The position numbers were made by a program, and so were the translations under genes. A DNA stretch of 64,000 nt from assembly GCA_964016885.1 (NCBI GenBank), contig OZ024757.1, positions 620,001 through 684,000 on the forward strand. Reading direction: 5' to 3'. Below the pieces are notes generated by a model that was given only the letters and a program-made list of their open reading frames with translations, was not told the origin of the DNA and did not search any database. This stretch comes from Eledone cirrhosa (lineage: Eukaryota). This document shows, piece after piece, positions 15,001-27,678 of this stretch (positions within the stretch are counted from its first letter, which is position 1; every line of letters begins with the position of its first letter).

Positions 15001-17470
15001 TGGTCGTGATATAACAAGGAATGATATGAGAGGTTATTGACTACTGGTAGTGATATAACAAGGAATGATATGTAAGGCTATTGACTACTGGTAGTGATAT
15101 AACAAGGAATGATATGACAGGTTATTGACTACTGGTAGTGATATAACAAGGAATGATATGAGAGGTTATTGACTACTGGTAGTGATATAACAGGGAATGA
15201 TATGAGAGGTTATTGACTACTGGTAGTGATATAACAAGGAATGATATGAGAGGTTATTGACTACTGGTAGTGATATAACAGGGAATGATATGAGAGGTTA
15301 TTGACTACTGGTAGTGATATAACAAGGAATGATATGAGAGATTATTGACTACTGGTAGTGATATAACAAGGAATGATATGAGAGGTTATTAACTACTATC
15401 AGTAGTGAAATAACTAGGAATGATATGACAGGTTATTGGCTACTGGTAGTGATATAACAAGGAATGATATGAGAGGTTATTAACTACTATCAGTAGTGAA
15501 ATAACTAAGAATGATATGACAGGTTATTGGCTACTGGTAGTGATATAACAAGGAATGATATGAGAGGTTATTGACTACTGGTAGTGAAATAACAAGGAAT
15601 GATATGACAGGTTATTGGCTACTGGTAGTGATATAACAAGGAATGATATGACAGGCTATTGGCTACTGGTAGTGATATAACAAGGAATGATATGAGAGGT
15701 TATTAACTACTATCAGTAGTGAAATAACTAGGAATGATATGACAGGTGATTGACTAGTGGTAGTGATATAAAAAGGAATGATATGAGAGGTTATTGACTA
15801 CTGGAAGTGATATAAAAAGGAATGATATGAGAGGTTATTGACTACTGGTACTGATATAACAAGGAATGATATGAGAGGTTATTAACTACTATCAGTAGTG
15901 AAATAACTAGGAATGATATGACAGCTTATTGACTACTGGTCGTGATATAACAAGGAATGATATGAGAGGTTATTGACTACTGGTAGTGATATAACAAGGA
16001 ATGATATGACAGGCTATTGACTACTGGTAGTGAAATAACAAGGAATGATATGAGAGGTTATTGACTACTGGTAGTGATATAACAAGGAATGATATGACAG
16101 GCTAATGACTACTGGTAGTGATATAACAAGGAATGATATGACAGGTTATTGACTACTGGTAGTGATATAACAAGGAATGATATGACAGGCTATTGACTAC
16201 TGGTAATGATATAACAAGGAATGATATGAGAGGTTATTGACTACTGGTAGTGATATAACAAGGAATGGTATGACAGGCTATTGACTACTGGTAGTGATAT
16301 AACAAGGAATGATATGACAGGTTATTGACTACTGGTAGTGATATAACAAGGAATGATATGACAGGCTATTGACTACTGGTAGTGATATAACAAGGAATGA
16401 TATGACAGGCTATTGACTACTGGTAGTGATATAACAAGGAATGATATGAGAGGTTATTGACTACTGGTAGTGATATAACAAGGAATGATATGACAGGCTA
16501 TTGACTACTGGTAGTGATATAACAAGGAATGATATGACAGGTTATTGGCTACTGGTAGTGATATAACAAGGAATGATATGAGAGGTTATTAACTACTATC
16601 AGTAGTGAAATAACTAGGAATGATATGACAGGTTATTGACTACTGGTAGTGATATAACAAGGAATGATATGAGAGGTTATTGACTACTGGTAGTGATATA
16701 AAAAGGAATGATATGAGAGGTGATTGACTACTGGTAGTGATATAAAAAGGAATGATATGAGAGGTTATTGACTACTGGAAGTGATATAAAAAGGAATGAT
16801 ATGAGAGGTTATTGACTACTGGTAGTGATATAACAAGGAATGATATGAGAGGTTATTAACTACTATCAGTAGTGAAATAACTAGGAATGATATGACAGGT
16901 TATTGACTACTGGTCGTGATATAACAAGGAATGATATGAGAGGTTATTGACTACTGGTAGTGATATAACAAGGAATGATATGACAGGCTATTGACTACTG
17001 GTGGTGATATAACAAGGAATGATATGAGAGGTTATTAACTACTATCAGTAGTGAAATAACTAGGAATGATATGAAAGGTGATTGACTACTGGTAGTGAAA
17101 TAACAAGGAATGATATGACAGGTTATTGGCTACTGGTAGTGATATAACAAGGAATGATATGACAGGTTATTGGCTACTGGTAGTGATATAACAAGGAATG
17201 ATATGACAGGCTATTGGCTACTGGTAGTGATATAACAAGGAATGATATGAGAGGTTATTAACTACTATCAGTAGTGAAATAACTAGGAATGATATGACAG
17301 GTTATTGACTACTGGTAGTGATATAACAAGGAATGATATGAGAGGTTATTGACTACTGGTAGTGATATAACAAGGAATAATATGACAGGCTATTGACTAC
17401 TGGTAGTGATATAACAAGGAATGATATTACAGGCTATTGACTACTAGTTGTAGTGAAATAACAGAGAATG
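12075..17470. repeat. 44-bp satellite array (~5.4 kb, ~120 units) with a 47-bp variant unit
   Basis: Unit GACTACTGGTAGTGATATAACAAGGAATGATATGAGAGGTTATT; variant AACTACTATCAGTAGTGAAATAACTAGG... Confidence 0.98.
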
Positions 17471-17514
17471 ATAGGAAAAAATTATCATAGGTTACTGGAT
17501 GTAGCCCAGTATTT

Positions 17515-17840
17515 CCTAAAATAACCGGCTCAAAGAAACATCAAAGTTGGTTGTGATAAAAAGGCAAATAATTATGTCTTCTAATTAATGTAACAATCAG
17601 CTTGGACGATAATATCTCTCTCAAGGAAATGGAGAAATTATCTAAATATAAAGATCTAGAGGTAGAAATAATTCAAACGTGGATGGTGAAAACAGAAACA
17701 ATACCTGTAATAATAGTTGCTCTGGGAATAAAACAAAACAAAACAGAAAGACACATAACAGAAACCTCACAACTTACACACACATATATATATATATAAC
17801 AGAAAGTAGCACTACTAGCCACTACACATATATTACATAG
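17515..17840 (+). mobile_element. R4/Dong-like non-LTR fragment (restriction-like endonuclease C-terminus)
   Basis: CLLINVTISLDDNISLKEMEKLSKYKDLEVEI..TW..KTETIPVIIVALG matches the K.EK..KY.DL...PV..GALG motif of RLE-type elements. Confidence 0.75.
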
Positions 17841-18180
17841 AGTACCCCAGGACTTACATATATATGATCGTGTCCACAAGACATGTATCAGACGGTGTTT
17901 CAGCTAACTCTATTAGAACCCTATTATGTACAGCCACCATCAAATGTCCCTTCACCATCTAAGCAGCCCCCTGATATAGATACACAATCACTACTTGGCT
18001 GGCTAATCCCGACATAGTCATAATTGTTTCTACTTTTGGCACAAGGCCAGCAATTATCAAAGTGTATTACTGGTACTTTAGTCAATGAAACGAAACCAAC
18101 GTTTAAATAAGTTTCAACCATAAGTAGATGAAGTGAATTAATTTGAAAGAGATTTAGACTTTAATTTACGATAACTTTAA

Positions 18181-18392
18181 TTTACGTCAAACAGCGAGGT
18201 ACAGTTAAATATAAAATATATTTTATAATATAAGGTAGTAAATAACATAATTAAATAGACAGAGGTAATTGAAATAATAAAGATATCTTTAATTTACTTC
18301 AAACAACGAGGTACAGTTAAATATAAAATATCTTTTATAATATAAGGTAGTAAATAACATAAATAGACGGAGGTAATTGAAATAATAAAGAC
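18181..18392. repeat. Local tandem duplication of ~113 bp
   Basis: TCAAACA.CGAGGTACAGTTAAATATAAAATAT...GGTAATTGAAATAATAAAGA occurs twice. Confidence 0.85.
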
Positions 18393-18819
18393 AGTCATGA
18401 TAACAATATATTTTATATTACATGTAACAGTGGAATCTGTCTATTGAAAAATAACCCATTTCAGTTTGGAAGTATTTTTCTCTATATATAAAATGACGAG
18501 GTTGAAATATCTTCTCTCAATGTTGTTATATATTTTCACTTTTATATAATTACTGTATCGTTGAAAGGTTCACATAATTCTATTTTTTACATACATTAAT
18601 ATAGACTTCAAATGAATCTTTGTCAACTTACCTCCTTCATATATAATCAATGTGTTGTGTTGTTAGTTTTTACTAAGCAACAAAAGAAATAATCTCTTTG
18701 TTGTTAAATTAGAAATTTCAAAGATGTTATCAGCTTTATTTCAGGACATCAACGTTGGTGTAACTTCTTCATATTTAATCATGAATTGATATCTTGTCAG
18801 AATAAAGTAGTGAGGCCGT

Positions 18820-19410
18820 CTTTATGTCTTTAGCCAGAGATTTGATAGGAAATATGTATATATTAGGTTGATATGTGGTTTAAATATATATATTGTCTAC
18901 AAATGACTGATAACAGATATTCTGGTGAAATAGACGTTTTTCTACTACAGATTATAATGGAACTCTTAGTAGACACAATTGTAAAGTAAGAATAGATATG
19001 ACAGTATAAGACTGATGTCAGGGAAAGAAAATTATGTGTGTATATATATATTTAATTGTTACACAAGATATAATTAGACTAATTAAAGTTGTAATGAAGA
19101 CAGCAGGTACGCGGTGTCGTTGACAATGTTTCAACTTTCTTACCGGTGTCGTACGTTAAAAGTCCCTGATATAATTTAATCCATTTAAACACATTTCTAA
19201 TCGTATCTAATTAATGGTAAATCGAAAAATATCACTCAGTTAAATATCGATGAGGAAACCTCTACGTAGTATCTCACACTACTAGAAATAACAGCTAAAT
19301 TATCTTTAACAGCTTTGTTTTTCGTTTAGACTCTCTTAATATTGGTTATACAATCAACAACAGTAAGTCTTTTGTACAGACTTCGGAATAAGGTCGTAGA
19401 CCGTCAGAAG
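18820..19410 (-). promoter_or_regulatory. Conserved upstream block of the ZNF repeat unit (candidate promoter / non-coding first exon), gene 1
   Basis: Alignable to 33600-34340 (-), 38360-39110 (+) and 61130-61790 (+), always co-oriented with and upstream of a ZNF exon. A candidate donor GAG|GTAAGT lies at 18632/18631 (-). Confidence 0.5.
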
Positions 19411-19464
19411 ATGCACGTGTGTGTTAATATATATACATATATATAAATACATGTTGATCAACAT

Positions 19465-19680
19465 GCGTTAGGGGTTAGATCGAAAGGTGATGTGTTGTGT
19501 CCTTGAGCAAGACACTTTACTGCCAAGATGTATCGGCCATAGCCTTTCCCGTGGACATCACTGGTGGCGTGGAAAGCGAAAAGGTGATATGCATGGTCGA
19601 CTGTTGATCTTATTAATACAACCTTCCCCGGACTAGTGCCTCGGAGGTAAACTTTCAAGGTCCAAATCACATGTCAAGAA
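19465..19680 (+). mobile_element. Degenerate SINE fragment
   Basis: GTGATGTGTTGTGTCCTTGAGCAAGACACTTTA, as in the SINE at ~1120-1150. Confidence 0.55.
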
Positions 19681-20159
19681 GAAAAATGTTATCCTCAGAC
19701 TTTGTGTAAGCTGGGGAAAAAACTAATAGAATCTTAACTCAAAATAAAACAAGAAGAAATACTTATCCGTCAATTTGGGAAAATCTACTATATAGTCTTA
19801 AAAGACTATTTCACGAAACTTTTCAGTGGGGTTAGTCACGGTTGGCACCGTTCATTAGTAGTGCTCAATACGTTAACTAAGTTTCACTGCTAAAATATGC
19901 CAGAGGGGAATTTAAAAGCAGGCAAGTCAAACACCGTGTAGAATTGAAATAATAAAAACACATGTGGAAACTGGCTAGTGATGACGGGATGAGACGAAAA
20001 TCTGTTTACAAGAAACAGCAGTCAAAACATTCCGAAAAAACTCAACAAAAAATATGGGGTTCAGCGTAAAGCAATATTATCGAAATTAATGTAAGCAAGA
20101 AGCCGACAGTAATTCAGACATATAAGTGACTATTACGTCAAGATCAAACATATTTAACG

Positions 20160-20199
<40 letters not shown>

Positions 20200-21147
20200 G
20201 AGGTGTGACACACGAGTTGTGATATATTAGTGAAAAGAAAATGCTGACAGATTTTTCCCAGTGAAAAATAGTTTAATTAGTAATAAGTATTAATTAGTAT
20301 TTAGTTTTAAGTTTTTACCGGTTGCGCATTTCTTATGCTTTTCAAAAATAATTCTTCCTGTTTTATGTGAAAAAAGTGGCTTGGGAGGCATTAAAATTTG
20401 GTTGGTTGTTGAATGTCACGTGAATAAATACTATAAAATCCGGATTTAAACATGTTGAAATCCGGGGATTTCAACATGTTGAAACACATTTTTCAGATCT
20501 TGTCTTATACGGAGAAGTGTGTGTGTCTGTCTGTATGTTAGTGTTCGAGTGTGTGTGTGTATGGACCAGTATTTTTGTGGTACTGGTAAAAATGGCGTAC
20601 ATTATATTCGATATTTTCAGTCATTTGCAAAAACGATTCTCTCAAAAGAACATCAATAACATCAATAATAAAAGAGGTGAAATGATGTATAGTATTGTCA
20701 TAACAACAAGGCGTGTGTGTGAGTCCAGATTGGACGTACTACAAGGGGAATCCATTAGGCCCTACCGTATGGGATACTTGTGTACAAATATGTATGCACC
20801 CATCATTGTTCAATACATGTGTGTGTATGCGTATGTGTGCATGTCAGCACGTGTATATCTATAAACATCAAAAGGTATGCGAATTTGTGTATATTTGCGT
20901 TGCACCATAGAACGTGTGTTTACGTATGTCATTGTGTTTATATGTGGATAGAAATGTATGTAGGATGTATGCTGATGTAGGTATGTATGTCAACGTGTGT
21001 ATGTTGTGTGTTCGTCTTAGGAAGAAGTGTTTAGACGGGGTCCGTATTTGTTAATAAAGTGAGATTCTTTATATATATATATCAATGATATTAATAGATG
21101 GAAGCTATATTTATATAGCCATATTTATTCTATTATATATATTTCAA

Positions 21148-21205
21148 GAATCAGACCTTAACGGTTCAAGTTCCAGACGGAACTTGAACCATTAAGGTCT
21201 GATTC
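21148..21205. repeat. Hairpin with 27-bp arms and a 4-nt loop
   Basis: GAATCAGACCTTAACGGTTCAAGTTCC-AGAC-GGAACTTGAACCATTAAGGTCTGATTC, one mismatch. Confidence 0.95.
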
Positions 21206-21597
21206 CTGTGTATATCAATATTTATAAAACAAACTTTCTATTTTATCTGATGAGTGCATACCAAAGTTTTGGTAACCTCTGTTATAAATATATTTGTTGA
21301 ATTACCAACAAATTAAATATTCCTTTGTTATATATATATATATATATATATATAACAAAGGAATATAAAACCTATATATTTGCTAGCATTGATATGCATC
21401 TGTATGTATATAAATGTTACTAGATATAAATTATTTATATATATATATATAAGGGTTAAAATACTGGAGTGTGTTAGAGTTAAACACCCTCTTCGTATTA
21501 TAGAAATGACAGTAAAAGGTATAGCTCAATGTAGTTAAACAGAGCCGAAAAATTAAGAGAGTAAAACAAAGAAGCCTTCAATACATCAAAAGTCTTT

Positions 21598-21644
21598 ATT
21601 AGCCGACAATGTTTCGTCCTATTAAGGACTCATCAGGGCAATTA
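21598..21644 (-). ncRNA. Minimal type I hammerhead ribozyme motif
   Basis: Minus strand TTGCC-CTGATGA-GTCCT-TAAT-AGGAC-GAAA-C-ATT-GTC-GGC-T-AATAAA: complete core, perfect 5-bp stem II, GUC triplet, GCC/GGC stem I. Confidence 0.8.
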
Positions 21645-22214
21645 AAACAACAAGAAGTAATATCGGCAGATACAAGCCGGAAGCTCCGAAGAATATGGAG
21701 TGTACGTACACTGAAGTATTACAAACATATATAATAAAAATATATGATAAAAATTACTACGGATGTATATAACACTAAGAACCATATTACAAATATAGTC
21801 CAAAGCAAAAACTAGAGCTAAACAAAGGTGGTTATATAGAGCAGGAATTATATATAATACAATATAATATACTATAATATACCTTTACCAACATTAAAAT
21901 TACAATAAAAGTCAAAAGATACAATATGCATATGCATATATGTGCGCACACGTACACACACATATACACATACAACAATACACACACCATCCTCAACTGC
22001 ACAAATTAAACCTTATTAAGAATTTGAATATAAAAATAAGCATGATAGGAATGAAAATAATAATAATACTAATACATCTACCCAATATACATGAGGTAAT
22101 AATATGATATAATTATAAGTAGTACATAGGTAATAATATGATATAATTATAAGTAGCACATATAATAATAAATAATACAATTATATACTATATAATTTAA
22201 GAGCTCCTTTAAGC

Positions 22215-22710
22215 TTTCTATACTTGACTACATTGGTTGGTCAAGAGAGGTGCATCAGAGGTGGAAAATGGTGTTGGGGTGTGTATGTAGGGTGTGGATT
22301 GGAGAGGTAGGTCAGTGTGGGATACTGAGCTGGAAGGTGGTGGGGTGTTAAGGAATAGTATGGTTATGATGTGTGGAGGGGGAGAAGTGATGCATACTTT
22401 AGACCACTAAATGTAGCTATTGGCAATAGTAGCACCCTGAACTTTGCCATCCCCTTCTTACTCTGGTTAATGTACTTTCAGAACACCTACCTTCACTGCT
22501 GATTAGGTCACCCAGGTAACAGAAACTGTCAACTGTTCTATAGAACCCTCAAAGAATTTCATAGAGCTTGTCCCCTGAGAGTGATTGCTGTTTACTGTTC
22601 CAATACAATGACCACATATAAAACCTACATTTTTAGTTAACTTACCTTGGATCCCAGTACATCTCTTGTGTCCCAGAGTCTGCATTCGGGAAATAGGATT
22701 GAATTTCTCT
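22215..22710 (-). mobile_element. RTE LINE 3' fragment with deletions
   Basis: HKRCTGIQGKLTKNVGFICGHC (PHD part) and a C-rich 3' UTR matching 55080-55255. Confidence 0.75.
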
Positions 22711-24110
22711 CACTCTTGCTATATACATTATATATTTATAAGTGAAGACATATTTTGATATACATATTATATATATATATAAACACAGTAAAGTGGTCGT
22801 GTGTGACATGACAAAAAGTGCCCAACCCAAATTGTAAAGTGGTTGTGTAGTTATCCTGACAACAATTACCCACTACACACTCTAAATGTGGTTGGTGTTA
22901 GGAAGGACATTAAGCCATAGAAACTAAGCCAGAACTAGTTCTGTTGGAGTCAAATTCCATTGATTGAGGACTCACTGCATTAACTTTCAGTTATATTTCA
23001 GAAACAACAACCAAAAACTAACAGAAATGAATATGTAAAAAAATATCATAGGTTCCACATGTGATATTTTTAGTAGTGTTTTCATAAATTAAATAAAGAA
23101 CAACAATTTAATGTGAGGCTAACACACACACACATATATATATATACATGGAGCTATATAAGAAAATGTGGCATATATACATACACAAGGAAAAGATATG
23201 AAGAAGATAGTGGTAAGAAACTCTCAAGAGAGCTGGATAGCAGAAGTTCTTCAGAGAAGAAACACCTCTCACACAAGTGTTTCAGTCCTTAACTTCTTAC
23301 ACTTTATAGGGGCCAGGCCACATCCAGATCAATTAAGTCACATGGAGTTTTGGTTGACAGGATCTAGCTGGAACTCAACTTTGTTGCCTCTGGTTTCAAA
23401 CTTATATCTAGAAACTTTGAGTTTGGGAAAATAACATTGGTTGTCATGGTAACAGTAAGATGTCAACAGTGCCACCACCAACTCCAAACATGACTTAGAG
23501 TTACCTACCTTAGAGTGTGTTCAAATACAAACACAATACCCTCAAACTGTATGGAGGTGTTTTTGTTCAAGGGCTAAATATTAAGTAGATATGACATACA
23601 CACAGAAGAGATATAAAGTATGTATGACAAAATGTGCTGCAGCCAATAGAGGAGAAAGCAGATGTTGATATTAAAGCAGGTGTGTGTTGTTGGTTAATGT
23701 TGATTGAACAGGTGTTGTTTACTGGTTTTAGTAGTACCACATTTCATGTAGGAGAGAGAGAGAGACGTTCAATACTAAAGCTTGTGTTTGTTGCTTTAGT
23801 GTCAGCTACTCTGTTGATTGTAAATGAGGCTAATTAGTCATTTACACAGGTGAAAAAACTATATATTTTCACCTGTCTCAAAGTCCAGCTGTAGGCAGAG
23901 GTAAGCACTGTGATGACGAGAACCATTTTAGTTTGAAATGCAGAGACAAATATACTCCTTGCCTTTGCTGAATTCCACCAGATGGCACTGGCTGTCAGTC
24001 TTCTATTTATAACTGAGGCTTTCAAAATGTTTATTTATTAAACATGCCGTATATCTGAGATGTAGTAAATTCACACATACACACACACACACATATTATA
24101 TATATATATG

Positions 24111-24219
24111 GGAAAAGAGTCAGGACCCCGACGGCTGAGTTCTGGCCGTTTTGACAGCTAGTTCAGATCCAGCTGTCAAAACGGCCAGAACTCAGCCGTC
24201 GGGGTCCTGACTCTTTTCC
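24111..24219. repeat. Perfect 49-bp inverted repeat with an 11-nt loop
   Basis: 24111-24159 is the exact reverse complement of 24171-24219. Confidence 0.97.
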
Positions 24220-24939
24220 TATTACCCACTCTACTACCCTAAGTATCGAGTACTCTGGTGCATTATGGTCCACCTGGTTCCTTACCACACTTCCTTCATT
24301 ATATATATATATAAAGATATGTACGGATAAAATTTGTTTGTGTGGATCAGTGTACAAACAAAAACAAGTAACACTGCTTACCAAAGTATTTTTCTCGACA
24401 TGGTCTTTGTATATTATAAGATGCAGCGACCTCACCTCGAACTTTGAAATCTTTCTGATGAAATGCAGTATTTTATGTATTGCTAGAGACTGCGCATGAC
24501 AATAATATGTAACCAGCTCTCGTAGACTGATATTGTATTGAAACATGGGTTAAAGAATGGACTTTGATTAAATTCTTCTCTTCTAACCTATACTTCATGC
24601 CTAGTCATTTGTTTTTCTTATACATTTAAATATATACATGTATATTTAAACAGTGGACAGCAGAGGACACGTACCGTTCCTCTCCGGCAGATAACACATG
24701 GAGGTAGGCTAAAAAGTCACAGGCTAACGATGAAGAAGTGATGGTGATGCTAGAGCTGTGCAATCTTGCATGCTTTAATTTCTCTGTAGAAAACCTATTC
24801 CTGGTATGTTATATAAAGACTTCAAATAATAGAAATAAAATTGACCATAGTAGGATTTAAACTCAGAGTTGAGTGTTGAAACAAACACTGTAAATCTACA
24901 GATATATACACATGAACACATAAATATATAGTTATCATT

Positions 24940-25380
24940 ATACCCACGTAGAAGTGGTTGATAGCTTCTGCAATCTAGGTGACTTAAATAGCAGAGCAGG
25001 AGGTTGCCCTGCGAGAATAATAGCTAGAATAAGGATAAGATGGAAAAAGTTTAGAGAGCTACTCCCACTGTTGACCACAAAACGTTTCTCTCTCTGTACA
25101 ATAATACGACTGTATGACGCCTGTGTGGAAAGTGTGATGCTGCATGGTAGTGAAACATGGGCTGTGGAGTGGAGAGAAATAAAGCAACCATGCTTCATTG
25201 GATGTGTCTTGGAAGTGAGAGAGAAAGGACATGTTGAGGGGGATGCAGGAGAGAAAACTGCTTTAGTATGGACATGTGATGTACATGGATAATGTTTGCT
25301 GTGAGAGAAGCCGTGTTGAGAAGGACCCATACAGCACATGCAAGCAGGAAAAACGGATGTAAAAATGATGTTGATGATGT
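24940..25380 (+). mobile_element. RTE 3' fragment with (GAT)n-like tail
   Basis: WKKFRELLPLL, LYDACVESVMLHGSETW; mirrored at 63660-64000. Confidence 0.85.
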
Positions 25381-25559
25381 ACATATAATCACATATTTAT
25401 ACACATAGAGATATGTACATACTTATATACAAAAACAGATACAAACATATACATGGACACAAATTTCTACCCACATACATATGCACTCATATATATATTG
25501 TTTGTAAATTCTGTACCATACAGTTTTGTTACAAAAAGTCTGTTACAACTGCTACAAAA

Positions 25560-26017
25560 AAAATAAAAGGAGAATAATTTCTTAGTAAACCAGTTTTATT
25601 CAAAACATTTACAACATTGGTGACACTATTGTGGGTAAATGTTAGTTTTTATCTTGTCAGATTGAGTCTTATTAAGTAACCTTTACAACAGAATTATTTA
25701 CCACAAACATCACAGTATATGGTCCCTCTTCTGTATATGTTAGCATCTAGTGAAGTCACACATTTAGAGAATGATTTACCAAAGATATCACAGCGATATG
25801 GCTGGTCTCCTGTATGTATACGTTTGTGCGTAGTTAAGCTGTTTGTGAGTACTTAAGTTTCCTTTTTGAGAGAATGATTTACCACAGATATCACAGTGAT
25901 ATGGCCTCTCTCCTGTATGTATACGTTTGTGCGTAGTTAAGCTGTTCTTACAAGAGGATGACTTTTTACAAATCTCACAGTGATATGGCTTCTCTCCTCT
26001 ATACTTCAGCATCTCAT
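25560..26017 (-). pseudogene. ZNF remnant (end of leader, ~2 fingers, degenerate tail, polyA region), 5' part deleted
   Basis: [18 protein letters not shown]... aligns with gene 1 EITKNRGEKPY; it is fused upstream to an RTE fragment at ~26019. Confidence 0.85.
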
Positions 26018-27678
26018 AGGTGAAAAAATGCCAGGAAATCCCAGTGAAAGGAAGCCGTAATAGAGGTAGACCCAGAAAAACCTGGACAGAGGCTGTCAAT
26101 ACAGATATGCACATAATTATATACAAATATATATATGGACACAAATTTCTACACACATATATATACATATATATATATCAAAAGTATACATATTGAGTTA
26201 AAAACCACAATATTCCCTTATAATTAAAATAGCTCGATAAAAAAATTTCCAAGCCTTAGAATAAAGAGTGACAAATACACAGATATATACATATGTGTTC
26301 AAATCACAAGAGACATAAAACGCCAGGGTGAAGAAAATACTAACTAAGGATAATACACATTGCTAGACTCAAAAGGATAAATTAAGAATTACAAACCAAA
26401 TTATGATAACTATTAACATCCACAGCTTTTGTAGAACTGTTTCGCAATTAAGTGGAGAGAGTTACAAATCCAATGCTCTGCAGTGGATGTTCAGATCAGT
26501 AATCTCGTCACTACTAAATTTCTTAGAAGACTAGATAATGCACATGTGTTAAGAGAAGAAAAACGCAGGTGGTATCCCGTGTCTAGTGGGTTAAGAAGAT
26601 CGTAAGTTACTAAAAAATAGCAGCCAGATCACCCAACATGTAAAAGCTAGACAAAAGTTTAGGAGCCTAATTTATCAAAAGTATATATATTGAGTTAAAA
26701 ACTCACAATAGTCCCTTATAAATAAAATAGCTCAAGGAAAATATTTTCTGAGCCTTATAATAGAGACAAACAGATATATACATATATGTGTTCAAATCAC
26801 AAGGGACATAAACCACCTGACAATTTGAACACATATCTGTATCTCTCTTTATCATAGATAGATAGATAGAGAGAGATAATGTTTGTAAATCTGAGTCATA
26901 CAACTTTGTCAGCAAAAGTCACAACTTCTACAAATAAAAAGAAAGGAGAATAATTTCTGTGTAAAACAGTTTTATTAAAACATTTACAACATTGGAGGCA
27001 CTATTTTGCCTGAGTGATATGGTTTTTATCTTGTCTGATTATGTTGTGTTGCATTAAGTAACCTTTACAAGAGAATTATTTACTACAGACCACACATTGA
27101 TATGGTCCCTCTCCTGGATATGTTAGTATCTAGTAATGCCACAACATTTAGAGAGTCAATTACCATATCAACGTGATATGGCTTCCCAACTGTATATATG
27201 TTTGTGTATAAATGTAGCATTCAAAGAGAATGATTTCCTACAGATACCACACTGATATGTATTTGTGTCTCATTAATTAAACAATTGCTTCTCTCTTGTA
27301 TGTATATATTTGTGAGAAGTTAACTACATTCAGAGAATTATTTACCACAGATATCATACTGAAATGGCTTGTCTCCTGTATGTATAAGTTTGTGCTTTAT
27401 CAAACTTCCTTTTTTGAGAGAATGATTTACCACAGATATCACAGTGATATGGTTTGTAACCTATATGTAAAGTTAAGGTACTACTTTGAGAGAAAGATTC
27501 ACCACAGATATCACAGTGATATGGCTTCTCTCCTGTATGAACATGCTTGTGTCTAGTTAAGTAAATACTTTGAGAGAATGATTTACCACATATATCACAG
27601 TGATATGGCTTGCAGCCTGTATGTATATGTTTGTGTCTAGTTAAGGTACAACTAACAGAGAATGATTTACCACAGATA

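Noticed and set aside
12075-17470. CRISPR-like regular array
   Set aside because: Units are contiguous tandem copies with no unique spacers, there are no cas genes, and the context is eukaryotic. The same applies to 343-733 and 56340-58640.
21247-21300. Second CTGATGAG hammerhead core
   Set aside because: No closing stem II or GAAA box before the TA run; at most a truncated relic.
23170-24050. Possible coding or Penelope-derived segment
   Set aside because: Only short ORFs with no motif I can recognise; left unassigned.
26004-26016. CTTCAGCATCTCA as a templated RTE filler at the deletion junction
   Set aside because: On minus it reads EMLK within EMLKYRGEKP, aligning to the ZNF leader (EITKNRGEKP / [10 protein letters not shown]), so it is gene-derived.
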